DNA of 64,000 bases from Octopus vulgaris (GCA_951406725.2 OX597821.1:89900001-89964000); one strand, 5' to 3'. Numbered from the stretch's first letter, positions 37,404 to 50,375 are shown. Program-made: numbers and translations. The notes: generated by a model not told the origin, from the sequence alone.

Positions 37404-39186
37404 TGTGTGTGTGGGTGTGTGTAAAATGAAATAGTCGAGTATTGTGTCGAATAGATCTGTGTAAGTACCAAGAATTTACCGGTACTTTTTAGATTTAGTC
37501 AACTATAATCGTTTTCTCTATAAACATTTATATATACCTGTACTTTATACCAGCGTATGAATGAATTTATACCACAGACATTGCCATTGTTATTATTATT
37601 ATGCTGGGTGGCAGGTTCACAGAATTGGCTGAGATGAGGACGAAATGTATGAATATTTAGTTGCATTAGCATACAAACCTTAACACTTCTAATAAACTCT
37701 GCTATTTATCATTCTACGTTCAATAAAATAAATATCAGCCAAGTACAAAGATTTAAATTATCAATTGCCCTCTTTCCATCATAATATAAGTATTGGGTTC
37801 GAATTTTGTCAAAAGGTCAGTAGTTTTATGGGGAAGACATTAGTCGACTTCATCGACCTCAATGCTCAACTTGTACCTCTTGTATCGAACGCAAAGGGTT
37901 AAAGAGCAATGTTAACCTCAGGGGAATTTGAATTCAGAATGCAAGAAACCAAAAGTGCCGCTAAGTGTTTTGTCTAACGCGTTAATGATTCTGCCAGCGC
38001 ACCTATAATATAAAGAGAAGCTACTGAGCTAAGTAAAATTTATCAAGTATTTATCCTTTACGTCTTGGTATGTACTCTCGAATTTTTACTTCTGCAACAC
38101 ATATCGTAGGTTTTTATCTCTCTGAGTATCACACGATTTTCATGTATGGGCGTTTATTTTATTTGCAAAAGGTCTTGCCCCGTTGTCTCCAGTCATATTT
38201 GCCCTCAAGGACAGCTTTCTTTCAACGAATTTTCCTAATGAATCACAAGCTAAAAAGTTATTGCTCTCGACAAATTTTGTTTTCAGCTCATAATCTCACA
38301 GTAATTTATTAGTGAAACCCCAAGGGTCAATGACTTCAGGTTAGGAGTTACTTCGTTAATTCAAAAGTTTATAGCTTTATATCTCAATGTGGTAAAACAT
38401 TATTTCTAAAAACTGTTCAGAATCTACGTAGGTGTCACAGCCTCAAGTGTGTTCTAAAACACGGCAAACAAAAATAAGCTTGCCTCACTATACACAATAT
38501 TAATGTTTGTGTATCAGTGTATCAGTGGGTGGCAGCACTAAGCAGTGGTGTGTATAAATACAAAGTTATTATCAGTTCAAAAATGCTCCAAGAGATTTGA
38601 ACTGGTAGTAACCTTGTATTTAGCGCTAGCAGTTATTATACGATAACTGGAATATCATGAGAGAGACAATTTCTCCTACCAGCTCGCTGCGTACACCACT
38701 CCAGTTATTGCGACTGAAAAGGAGATAATCGCTCCAAAATGTCTGCGTCTCACAGTCCGGGTAGATGGCGCTGAAAGCTGATTTTAGGGGTATTTACACC
38801 ATCTGTCTACAGTGTGAAATTTTCTCCATGACAAAACACAATGAATGGCTTTCTTATGGGTCCGAATATGTCCCAAGCATATTTAGATCGGTAATAGCCT
38901 TGAGTGTGCTAGGATATTCAATGAATTGAAATATTTGTTTAATATATATTTAGCTACCGCACTTGCTTGAACTAAATATCGAAAAATACGAAAAGGAAAC
39001 TTCACAGTAAACGTTACTCCCAGAAATGATATCAGTTATATATATATATATATATAGTGATAGCCTTTCTGGTGACGTCGATATGCAACAGTAACACCCC
39101 ACCATAGCCATATTCAGATATGTTATCGACAGTTACTGTCTATATCTCTTTTAGAGAATTATTACTATATATATATATATATATAT

Positions 39187-39221
<35 letters not shown>

Positions 39222-39734
39222 CATACATACATACATATATATCATACATACATACATACATACATACTCATACATACATACATACATACATGTATTTATC
39301 ATAATTGTTTTCTTGTAAACTTTTCTTATTATCTTGTACAAATTAAATAAAATAGAAAATAGCTAAAGTTTTGAAGATATCACTTTCCATTTATACTGTC
39401 AATATTCCGGATAATGTATTTATACATCAAATTTTCAAACAAACAAATAAATAGATCACAAAAATGTAAGTAATTTAAAAAGTTAAAATCGATTAAATAT
39501 TATTGCACGAATCAAAACAATTACGTCTAATGTACTGACACTTTATAACAAGTTCGTGGATATATTTTTCTCTAGAAGGACACAGATTTGTAAACAACAC
39601 TAATCTTACAAATAGCCATTTATATCCTTTGTCAAAGTCTCAACTGAATCTTCAACATGTTGATCATATTTCAGACATCAAAGAAAGAGCATCGTATACT
39701 CTTACACATAAATATTTATATACATATACATATA

Positions 39735-39953
39735 TATTTCTTTACTACCCACAAGGAGCTAAACATAGAGGGGACAAACAAGGACAGACAAAGGGATTAA
39801 GTCGATTACATCGACCCCAGTGCGAAACTGGTACTTTATTTATCGACCCAGAAAGGATGAAAGGCAAAGTCGACCTCGGCGGAATTTGAACTCAGAACGT
39901 AACGGCCGACGAAATACGACCACGCATTTCGCCCGGCGTGCCAACGTTTCTGC
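39735..39953 (-). mobile_element. SINE group B whose head abuts a LINE tail
   Basis: Group B core and tail; head stops at aacgtttctgc. Confidence 0.88.
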
Positions 39954-39958
39954 AGGCC

Positions 39959-41931
39959 TCATCATCATCATCATTGTTCGACCGTGGTCGAGACAATTGA
40001 ATTTACCATGCTACGCCAGACTTCACGGTCCATCATGGCATTACGGAGGTCCTGTAGCTGGATGCCTGTATCCCTGGAGATTACATCAGGGTAGGAAAGT
40101 GTGCGCCCTCTGGTATCGCGAGCAGATGGCTTCCAGTGGAGAAGAGTAGAAATTGCCTCGTTTTCAGCTCTACAACAATGTCCAGCAAACTGTACTCTCT
40201 TACCTTTCACAAGAGATGACACAGGTGGTAGTTTCCCATATATTTGTACTTTGGTTGGATGACGCTTCCACAAGATATTTTGAACTCTCATAAGGAGGCG
40301 AGTGTAGGTTCCATCCAACCACCTCTCAAGCTTCTTTGATAATGTACAGATTTCTGAGCCATATAGTAGAATTGGTTCGACTGTGGCTTTGAAGATTTCA
40401 AGTTTGAAGTCTCTAGTTAGATTTGATGATCAGATCTTATGCATGTCATTACAGGCTGACCAGGTTTTCTAGTTAGAAAATCTTTTCCAGATGATGATAT
40501 GTATGATCCAAGATATTTGTAATCAGAAACCATATTTAAGGGCGCATTGTTGAGAGTATGGATGATGCAATCACTGTTGAACAGGCACTTGTTTATATAT
40601 TCAGTCTTGGCCTCATTGAGGTAAAGACCTACACAATTTGAGGCTTGTTCGAGAGATTGTAAAAGAGAATCACTGATAAGAGCGATGTCGTCAGCAAAGT
40701 CAATGTCTGTCAAGTATTCAGCTGGGTGACTGGAACTTCTAGGTTTTATTTCAAGGCCCTTGTCAGAAATGGTATCAACTGACATAAGTAGCACATAGTC
40801 AACGACAATGATGAAAAGAAATGGGGCGAGTGTGTCTCCCTGCAGTATTCCGGCTTTGATTGAAAAAGATGATGTTTCTCCGTCAGAGGTTAAGATGGTT
40901 GAAGATGTATCTGTGTAGAGGACCTTGATGGCAGAAATGACTTTGTCTGATATCCCATAGAGCTTAAGGATTTCAAACATCTTGTGCCTATCTACAGAGT
41001 CGAACGCTTTAGAAAAGTCCACAAACACCATTGCAAGGTCGTGATTAAATGCTTTTGATTCTTCAATAAGTCTGCATAGGCATAGTATCTAGCTCAGCGT
41101 TGAGCGCCCATGTTTGAATCCATTTTGGTTCTTTCGGAGCAAAGGTTCAACAAAAAGGACAAAACGATTTAGAATCATTTTTTTGTACAATTTTGCAGCA
41201 ATTGACATTAGAGATACACCCCTGTAGTTGGTGACGAGGGATAAATCGCCTTTTTTTGGGTATTGGTAGGATTTGGGATTGGTGCCAAATCTTTGGAGCT
41301 ACAATAGTGGAAAGTGTGTGGTTGCAAAGGTTGAGCAAAAGTGTGTGAAATCTATCATCCTTCCAAATTATAGCTGGGATGTTGTCGGGACCAAATGCTT
41401 TCGAGGCTTTCAGTTGTTTAGGGGCTGCTGTTAGTTCAAATATGTTAAAAGGGGAGGTGTTGATGTCCAGCGTGTCTGATATAGGCACACTTGGAAGAGT
41501 GGGGTTATCAGGGATTTTGGCATTCTTCCCAAGAAGGTTTTTAAAATGAGTAGACCAATTTTCTAAACGCTTCTTAGCGGATCCCCCTTTAATTCTAATT
41601 GATGACCCAGAATTTTTGCCTGATAGGTCTTTGATGGATTTCCAGGTGAGATGGTGTTTTTTACTAATGTGCTCTTTGGATAGTTTGCTAATTTTGCCGT
41701 TGATTAAGTCGACCTCGGCGTTCAAGTAAGCCTCATCAAGATTCTTCTTGGCAGTTATGAGTTGGATCTTCAGTGACTGGGATGGAGAACGGTGGTAAGC
41801 TAGAGATATAGACTTTAGATGGTTTCTGGCTTCGATGACATTTGGGGAATTAGAAGGTTTGCTCTGGCCCCTACTCTTCTTTTTGGGAAGAGTAGCCAAT
41901 GTAACTTCCTCTGTTGATTTGATGAGGCTGC
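39959..41931 (-). mobile_element. 5'-truncated RTE-clade (RTE/RTEX-like) LINE with frameshifted reverse transcriptase
   Basis: KAFGPDNIP, IPKK, QNGF, FVDFSKAFDSV, GILQGDTLAPFLF, FADD, YKYLGS, FAGHC.R and DR..WR motifs; (TGA)n tail starts at the stop codon. Confidence 0.93.
40417..41031 (-). pseudogene. Reverse transcriptase core of the LINE
   Basis: 204-aa ORF with DFSKAFD, QGDTLAP and FADD; flanking parts lie in other frames. Confidence 0.92.
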
Positions 41932-42182
41932 TGGCATTACGGAGGTCCTGTTGCTGGATGCCTGTATCCCTGGAGATTACATCAAGGTAGGAGAGTGTGC
42001 GCCCTTTGGTATTGCGAGTAGATGGCTTCCAGAGGAGAAAAGTAGAAATTGCCTCGTTTTCAGCTCTACAATAATGTCCAAATGCGTAGCCGTATTTCGT
42101 CTGCCGTTACGTTCTGAGTTCAAATTCCACCGTGGTCGACTTCGCCTTTTCATCCTTTCGGGGTCGATTAAATAAGTACCAG
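41932..42182 (+). repeat. 251-bp direct copy of 43053-43303 (LINE/SINE junction)
   Basis: About 3 mismatches; includes the chimeric junction aataatgtcc|aaatgcgtagcc. Confidence 0.92.
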
Positions 42183-42499
42183 CAAACGAAATACCGCTGA
42201 GCATTTCGCCCGGCCTGATAACGTTTCTGCCAACTTGTCGCCCTCCTACCTACCTACCTACCTACCTACCTACCTACCTACCTACCTACCTTCATAAATA
42301 AATAAATACATACATACATGCATAATACATTGATGCATGCATTGATGCATTAATACATACTAACTTGAAGGAGAAACATTCATTTTAACAACAGAAGTTT
42401 ATGTATAGAAACATGCATGCAAGTTAGAGAATTCTTGCAATAATGACACGAATATTTTCCTTTGCTAGAACCGATCATATCTCACCTAGAAAGCTATGT

Positions 42500-42870
42500 C
42501 TTTCTTGTCCAAACTTAGAAGACAGCTACTAATTATCTGACCAAAAAGAGAGATTAGCACGCCTCTGATAGAAAATGTCGAGATAGCCATAATAATGCGG
42601 AAGATATCACCCACACCAACAGATATTCAAAAATATTTGCAAGATATAATCTTTAATCAAGACACAACATAGCGGCAGGAAAGATTGTCGTGACGGCCAT
42701 AGCGAAGGCACACAAGAACCAAAGAATATCCACATCTTTAAAAGGTAATGAATACTGGCGGAATATTATCATGAAAATAACGACGCATTGTTAGAACAGT
42801 AGGCCAGATAATGTTGTATGAAATAGGAAGTAAAGTCCAAGGAACCGTTGTAGACATCTGCTATTTTGTA
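42500..42870 (+). pseudogene. Degraded RLE-type non-LTR relic
   Basis: Fragments EDITH, SRHNIAAGK, NSRPDNVV and VVDIC. Confidence 0.45.
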
Positions 42871-42935
42871 GTTATGAAGTATTAATAAAGAAAAGAAAAC
42901 TTACAGCTCTCATATCAAGGTGGAATGTATTTTCT

Positions 42936-43338
42936 GGCGGTAAGCTGGCAGAAACTTTAGCACGCCGGGCGAAATACTTCATCATCATCATTGTTCGACC
43001 GTGGTCGAGACAATGGAATTTACCATGCTACGCCAGACTTCACGGTCCATCATGGCATTACGGAGGTCCTGTTGCTGGATGCCTGTATCCCTGGAGATTA
43101 CATCAGGGTAGGAGAGTGTGCGCTCTCTGGTATTGCGAGTAGATGGCTTCCAGAGGAGAAAAGTAGAAATTGCCTCGTTTTCAGCTCTACAATAATGTCC
43201 AAATGCGTAGCCGTATTTCGTCTGCCGTTACGTTCTGAGTTCAAATTCCACCGTGGTCGACTTCGCCTTTTCATCCTTTCGGGGTCGATTAAATAAGTAC
43301 CAGTTACGCATTGGGGTCGATATAATCGACTTAATCCG
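42936..43338 (+). mobile_element. SINE group B interrupted by a LINE 3' fragment
   Basis: TSD atgtattttct; head split at gcgaaat|...|aaatgcgtagcc. Confidence 0.9.
42979..43200 (-). mobile_element. Short 3' fragment of the same LINE family as 39959-41931
   Basis: Matches 39959-40183 including the (TGA)n tail; flanked by aaat repeats. Confidence 0.92.
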
Positions 43339-44249
43339 TTTGTCTGTCCTTGTTTGTCCTCTCTGTGTTTAGCCCCTTGTGGGTCGTAAAGAAATAGGTA
43401 TGTATTTTCTGCTTCTATTATAATGTAGGAGCTGGGTTCAATAACAATTGATCTGCATACAAATATTGGGTTTCTTCAAAAGTGAACAAAGAAAACTGAT
43501 TCGACTATCTAAATACATCAGTTAGAGGTACATGAAAATTTGTAAAACTTCTCTTCGTTTGAGGTTCCAGCGATGAAAATACGCACAGAACCACATACAC
43601 ATAGAGAACTGATACACACATTCATACATAAAGAATAACGAAGCATATGCATAACGCTCTGCACGAGTGCCACTGTATTGACATACACACAAGCACGTAT
43701 GCATGATTGCTCATCCCAAGCAATGCAGATAACTACAGACCCCAAGATGTGTTTTTGACTTAAAGAATAGTTTTGCCAAACACATACACGCACACAAACG
43801 CACGCACACATGCACGCTCATATACACACACACATAAACATAGGTGTTTTGTTTAATCAGAGCGATATTAATCATAACGATACTAATAACCTAGTGTTAG
43901 AATCAATATTCAAATGCAATCTGTCTCGACTGTTGTAGTGTGTTGAGGTGGGGGTGAGGATTATAATATTGTTCGAAGTTAAAACTACTTTCTGTACAGT
44001 ACATGTGGTGATATCAGTTTAATTATAAGAATATAAAGACTATGTGTCTGAAATAAAGTGAATTTGAAAGATACGAAATAAATGGTTTTAGTTTAAAAAT
44101 AATATATGTAGTGAAATGATTTTGAGCTTCGTTAAATTTAAGGTAAGAAATGTCAAAAATGATAGTGAAGATTGTAATAACAATAGTAGTATTAGTATTA
44201 GTTGTGGTAGTATTAGTAATAGTAACAAGGACATCAACAACAGCAAGAA

Positions 44250-44490
44250 CAATGACTAAAGGTTCCCCACATGGACGGGACGCTGCTCCGTCGCAGGTGA
44301 GCTGCAAGATTCAGGAGTGAGAGAAATTTGTGGCGAAAGTGTCAGCAGAAGTTCGCCATTAACTTCTGACGAAGCCGCGTGGAGCTTAGGTGTTTCGCTC
44401 ATAAACACACACATCGCCCGGTCTGAGATTCGAACCCACGATCCCTCGACCGCGAGTCCGCTGCTTTAACCACTAGACCATGTACTTCCA
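44250..44490 (-). mobile_element. SINE group D-related copy with a third tail type
   Basis: Head ...AGTGGTTAAAGCAGCGGACTCGCGG...GGTTCGAATC; tail resembles that of 53865-54062. Confidence 0.8.
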
Positions 44491-44649
44491 CCTGTGAGAA
44501 TATAGAGGTTGCCAATATCAAGACGTACATTAAAAAAAGCAATGAAATGTCGATAAAAAAGGCGAGTATCACGAGAAGAAGACCTACAACATGAAAGGGA
44601 AAGGACTTATCGCAACAAACAAAAATTTGCATTGCAAATTATTTCGTAG

Positions 44650-45790
44650 CAACAGACAAATTTCGAGGGGGAGAAGAGCTGGACCAGGCTGAAGAATGTG
44701 ACTGAAGAAATGATTATGGTTGCATAGAAGGAAGCATTACAAACGGAAAACATCAGGAAAGCCATTGATGAAGAAAATATTGATGGGAAGTGTAGGATGT
44801 GCGGTGAAAGAGAACGTAGTTTCTAAATGTCCAAAAGGAGCACAGAAAGAGTATACGAATTGGGGACATGATAGGGTGGCGAATGTTGTGCACTGGGGAA
44901 TCTGTAAGAAGTACAACTTCGTTTCTTCCGAAAAGCCGTCATGACCAAAAGCTAGAAATGGTACTGGAGAATGAAAATACGTACAGATATCCTGTGTGAC
45001 TGTAAACTGTAGAAACATAAAGTCATAGAACACTTTCGGTCTGACATCGTTATCATGCACAAAACATCTCGTGAATGTATAATGATGGCTATAGCATAAG
45101 GCGTCGAGCTGGCAGAAATATTAGCACGCCGGGCGAAATGCTTAGCGGTATTTCGTCTGTCGTTACGTTCTGAGTTCAAATTCCGCCGAGGTCGACTTTG
45201 CCTTTCATCCTTTCGGGGTCGATAAATTAAGTACCAGTTATGCACTGGGGGTCGATGTAATCGACTTAATCCGTTTGTCTGTCCTTGTTTGTCTCTTCTG
45301 TGTTTAGCCCCTTGTAGGTAGTAAAGAAATAGGTATTTCGTCTGCCGTTATGTTCTGAGTTCAAATTCCATCGAGGTCGAACTTTGCCTTTCATCCTTTC
45401 GGGGTCTATAAATAAAGTACCAGTTTCGCACTGGGGTCAATGTAATCGACTTAATCCCTCTGTATGTCCTTGTTTGTCCCCTCTATGTTTAGCCCCTTGT
45501 GGGCAGTAAAGAAATATATAGCATGACTCTTTGATACCAGTGTGTAAGAGGAAGTACAGGAAAAGATTGATAAGAATAATTATTTCAGATACAAGATTGG
45601 GGGCGCGAATGTAAGAGCGTAAAAGATGTGCTGTTTGTTATCGGTGCATTGGGTAACGTAGACAGAAATTTTGAAAAATTCGAGCAACATCTTGCTTGTA
45701 ACATAAACTTCTTTGTTTTGTAAAATATATTTTATTAGGGATAAGAAACTTAAGAAAGGTACTGGATACCAAAGGGTGTGGGGTGTGTCT
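44650..45790 (+). pseudogene. R4/Dong-type LINE relic (zinc knuckle and RLE), split by a SINE
   Basis: SKCPKGAQKEYTNWGHDRVANVVHWGICKKY...; after the SINE, EKIDK and VIGALG. Confidence 0.7.
45098..45516 (+). mobile_element. SINE group B with tandemly duplicated body and tail
   Basis: Two ~185-bp body units; TSD tatagcat. Confidence 0.92.
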
Positions 45791-46557
45791 TCTTATTCAG
45801 CATAATGAACTGGCATAACACCTAAAGCCGAGAGATAAAGGCAAACAAAGGCAACAACAACAACAACAACGACAATAGTAGTGGTATCAAATTTTGGCAT
45901 AAGTTCAGTAATTGGGAATTAGCCAATTACATCAGCGCTTGACTGATGCTTATTTCAGCGAACCTGAAAGGTTTGAAACAAAGTAAACCCCATTGGAGTT
46001 TGAACTCAAAACCTAGATAGCTGGAAGAAATACAGGTAAGTATTCTCTCTGCCTTGCTAACAATTATACCAATCCAATGTCTTAGTAGTAGAAGCCATAT
46101 ACAATAAATTTGCTTTTTAAGTATCTAACTTTGTTGTTTAAAACTTTCAAAATTCGCCCTAAAGGAACAAATATTTTACAAAGCCGACTAGCCTTGGAGG
46201 ATAATTCATAGCTTAGTATCAAAATGATAGAATCAAAATAAATTTAAAAAATGACTTCGTTCAAAAGAAAATTCCATAAGAACTTGCGCGCTCCAAATCA
46301 ACATCTTCCCCTCGTACATACAAGAAGAATAACATCAAGAGCTACAACAAATAATAATATTAGTAATAAAACAAGAACAAAAGGAAAAGGAAATGTGATG
46401 TGGCATAAGATTGATAATAACTACTAAAAATTAAAATTAAAAAACCCCCACGCAATTAAAAATATGCTGAAATATAATCAACCGTGTTGTGAAATATAAG
46501 TAGTGAGATACAAGGAGTATATAATGTATTGTTGAAATGTTGAACAATAATCTTAAT

Positions 46558-46957
46558 AGGCACTGGCGTGGTTATGTACTAAGAGGCTTGCTTCCAGCCA
46601 GATGGTTTCAGGTTTAGTCCCACTGCATGGCACCTTGGGAAAATGTTTTTTACTATAGTCTTGGGCCAACCAAAGCTTGTGAGTGGGTTTGGTAGTCGGA
46701 AACAGAAAGAAGCCCATCGTATATACAAATTTATAGATATATGTGTGTGTGTTTGTGTTTGTCCCCCCACCACTTCACAACAGGTATTGGTGAGTTTACA
46801 TCCCCGTAACTTAGCGATTCGGCAAAAGAGACCGATAGAATAAATATCAGGCTTTAATATATAAAAAAAAGTACTGGGGTCGATTCATTTGACTAAAAAT
46901 ACTTCAAGGTGGTGCACCTCAGCTTGGCCGCAGTCTCAGAACTGAAACAGGTAAAAG

Positions 46958-46960
<3 letters not shown>
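46558..46960 (+). mobile_element. SINE group A, older subfamily
   Basis: Similarity to group A. Confidence 0.85.
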
Positions 46961-46996
<36 letters not shown>

Positions 46997-46999
<3 letters not shown>

Positions 47000-47200
47000 T
47001 AATCCAAACAAGAAAGCACAAAAAAACACAACAACGCGAGGACGTGGAACAAATATAGTATTATTGGACGCTCAGGAAAGAAGGAGGGTTTAACGTTTCG
47101 AGCGGAGCTCTTCGTCGGAAACATAGGGGAAGGAAAGATCCAGAGAAGGGAAGACAGAGGAAAATAAATCGCCAACGGTACACACGAGATCACATTTTGA
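46997..47200 (-). mobile_element. Short hammerhead-bearing element between (TA)n tracts (fourth family)
   Basis: GC-richer 200-bp island that contains the fold at 47088-47122. Confidence 0.6.
47088..47122 (-). ncRNA. Minimal type I hammerhead ribozyme lacking stem III, U4C variant
   Basis: Minus strand: guuu-CCGACGA-a-gagc(ucc)gcuc-GAAAC-GUU-aaac; the palindrome AACGUU replaces stem III. Confidence 0.68.
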
Positions 47201-47455
47201 AAGCAATATATATATTTTGAAGCATATATATATATGAATAAATGAAGAGAGAAATAAAACCTAATAACCAAAAAAAATCTAGGATAAAAAGAGTAGTGCG
47301 TGTGTTCATGGTTTCGAAATATGATAACTTACAGATAAATTGAGAAAAACCTTTGTGTGTAAAATTAACACGGAATAAAAATGCAGGGGATAGATAGTAA
47401 ACGAGTAGAATTCTAGGTATGGTAGACGCATTGGTAGTGTAAATATGGGAATATA

Positions 47456-47663
47456 CGAGAGGGTGCTTTTTTCATTTGAATGCGGCCATGCTGGAGCACC
47501 GCCTTTAGTCGAGCAAATCGATCCCAGAGCTTATTCATTGTAAACCTAGTACTTATTCTATCGGTCTCTTCTGCCGAACCACTAAGTTACGGGGACGTAA
47601 ACACACCACCATCGGTTGTCAAGTGATGCTGGGGGGACAAACACAAACACACAAACATATACT

Positions 47664-47700
<37 letters not shown>

Positions 47701-48050
47701 GTGCATATACGACGGACTTCTTTCAGCTTCCGTCTACCAAATCCTCTCACAAGGCTTTGGTCGGCCCGAAGCTATAATAGAAGACACTTGCCCAAGGTGC
47801 CACGCAGTGGGACTGAACCCAGGACCATGTAGTTGGTAAGCAAGTTACTTACCACACAGCCACTCCTGCGCTTATGATAAGTTCTTTCTAATAAGCTCTT
47901 AGGTATCGCAGGCATTATGGAGATCCAACCTCCTGAGCTCTTTTACAGGGCTTAGAAAACTCGAAGAACTTTTGCAATAAGAGTAAGAATCTGAGTGGGG
48001 AATGATGCATAAAATCGTAATTAACTGATCCTCGTGTATTTTCTTTTTTT
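47456..48050. mobile_element. Mariner-type MITE (10711 family) with a SINE in its left TIR
   Basis: TA|cgagagggtgct...[SINE]...gataagttc...cttttacagggcttagaaaact...aactgatcctc. Confidence 0.65.
47470..47872 (-). mobile_element. SINE group A
   Basis: Similarity to group A. Confidence 0.9.
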
Positions 48051-48807
48051 TATTGGTACATCCATAATTGAATGTTAAAATTTCTGAAGATCATGTAAAT
48101 GAAAATAGATTTTCATTGTTTATTTAGCAGAGTGGCGTTTAAGATATAGAACTTCAAATGTTTCTGACTGGTTGTTACTGAACTTTTGTCAGTTCTCAGT
48201 AGAAGAACCAGCTCTGGTAATAGCAATCGTAATAATTTTCCAATATAAATTATAGGGAGTATTCCTGTGCTTTAAATTCCAGACTTATGTAAAGTGCGAT
48301 GTCGTCTTACAACTTGATTCATGCCTGAATGTAATTGTGTGACAGTTGTATCGAATTTTGACGTTGTTTGTGGTTTGATGGATGGAAAATTTTGTCAAAT
48401 TGGCAGTTTGGATTTTGCATTGGTAGACTACATTCTTTGATAGACATTTGGAGTCTAAGGCTCAACAAGAAGTGGTGGTAGAGTTACATCTATCACGATA
48501 GTTGTGGTTATAGCTAGTTTTGTTAAGCATGACACGTTTAGAAGATCTGATAAGAGTGTTCTAGTCTATTGGGTAATTGAGGATGGGAATATATATGTAT
48601 TTTATAAGGAATTTTTGTTGTACCTTTAGTGAGAGAAAATCTTTGGTAAAAAGAAACATGATTTGACAATAAATATTGTAACCTGTCGAGTGATGATTGG
48701 ACTGAATCCCTTTTTCTTTTATTTCTGTTTGGCTCGCACATATAATCGCTTAATACAAGTGATGTTCACTTGCATATACTCATCCAGACATCAAACACAT
48801 ATCAATA

Positions 48808-48911
<104 letters not shown>

Positions 48912-48940
48912 ACATACATATATATATATAAGTATGTATA

Positions 48941-49142
48941 CGAGGGGTGCTGAAAGGTATCTGGCACGAAAAGCACGGTTTTGAGGCCCAGCCTTCCGAT
49001 TTCTTTTACAGGGTTTAGAAAAACTGAAGGAACACTCCAATAAGTTTATGAATCTGAAAAGAGAATATGTTGAATAAAACAGTAATGAACTGATCCTGTA
49101 TTTTCGGTTATTCGAAGCCAGGAACTTTTCAGAACCTCCCCG
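48941..49142. mobile_element. Mariner-type MITE (10711 family, opposite orientation)
   Basis: TA|cgaggggtgctgaaag ... ccaggaacttttcagaacctccccg|TA. Confidence 0.82.
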
Positions 49143-50172
49143 TATATGTATGTACGTATGTATGTATTGCATATATTTTTAATACTCATATAAATACAGT
49201 TATAAACATTTCATCATACACTTGCAAAACAATACATGAACAACCAGATTTGAACAAAAACTAAACGTAAAGAAATAATTCGTATTAAGATAGATGGCGA
49301 TGTCCTCAATAAAAATTGTAAGTAACTGTGAATGAATTAAGATTTGCCATTTGTTTCTTAACTTTACATAATTATATATACTGGTCAAGATATTTCATGC
49401 CCTTGGTTCTAGTTTTAAAATTCATAAAAATAGGTTTCAATAGGTTTTACTTTGATGACAAAGTTTAGTATGACTGAAACATGTCCGTAGCTGTCAACTT
49501 GCTTGATAATTGAGAACAGATGGTCTCCTAGAGATGAAAATTCTAGCTGTGTGTGTGTGTGAAATAACTCTTAATTCTTTGAAAATATCTCCCTTAACCT
49601 TTGATAGTTGCTAACAAATACCGTTAAGTTTTCAGTTCCTTTCCCTGTATGTATGTATGTATGTATGTATGTATGTATGTATGTATGTATGTATGTATGT
49701 ATGTATGTATGTATGCATGTATGTATTTAAGTATGTATGTATGTTTGTATGTCAGAAACAAAGAATGAAGTAAAACATGTGGCATCACTTTAGAGCATAT
49801 AATTTTTAATTGAAACATAATTGCAGACTTTTTAGAGTAAATAAGGGATTAAGAAATATTTTGCTTTAATCGCCGTTCAAGTCGGAGTTTTAGTGGTAGA
49901 TCAACACGAGGATTTATCGTACATACCTATTAATTTACGTCACCAGATGGAATTATATCGATATATTTTAGCGTACGATGACGTAATATGATAACAGCTC
50001 ACTCAGCCGAAATTTTGGAAGTTACTGTCAATAACATTATTATACCATTGTTAGAGAATAATAGATACTATGTACCATCCTAAAAGTATTGTGTAATCCC
50101 TCAGTTTATTGTAAATTTGTTTTCATTATAACTTAATATAAAACAATCATCAATATAGCTATATGTAAATTT

Positions 50173-50375
50173 AAGGTGGCGAGCTGGCAGAATCGGTAGC
50201 ATTGCGTGCAAAAGGGTTAGTGGCATTTATTTCGTCTTTACGGTCTGAGTTCAAATTCTGCCAAGGTCAGCTTTCCCTATAATCCTTTCGGAGTCGATAA
50301 AATAAGTACCTGTTAATGTAACCGATTTAAGCTCTCCCTGAAAATACTGGTCTTTTACCAACATTTGAAACTAAT
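50173..50375 (+). mobile_element. SINE group B, diverged
   Basis: Head ggtggcgagctggcagaatcg and core present. Confidence 0.8.

Noticed and set aside
39959-41931. Active autonomous LINE
   Set aside because: 5'-truncated with no endonuclease domain, and carries several frameshifts and stops
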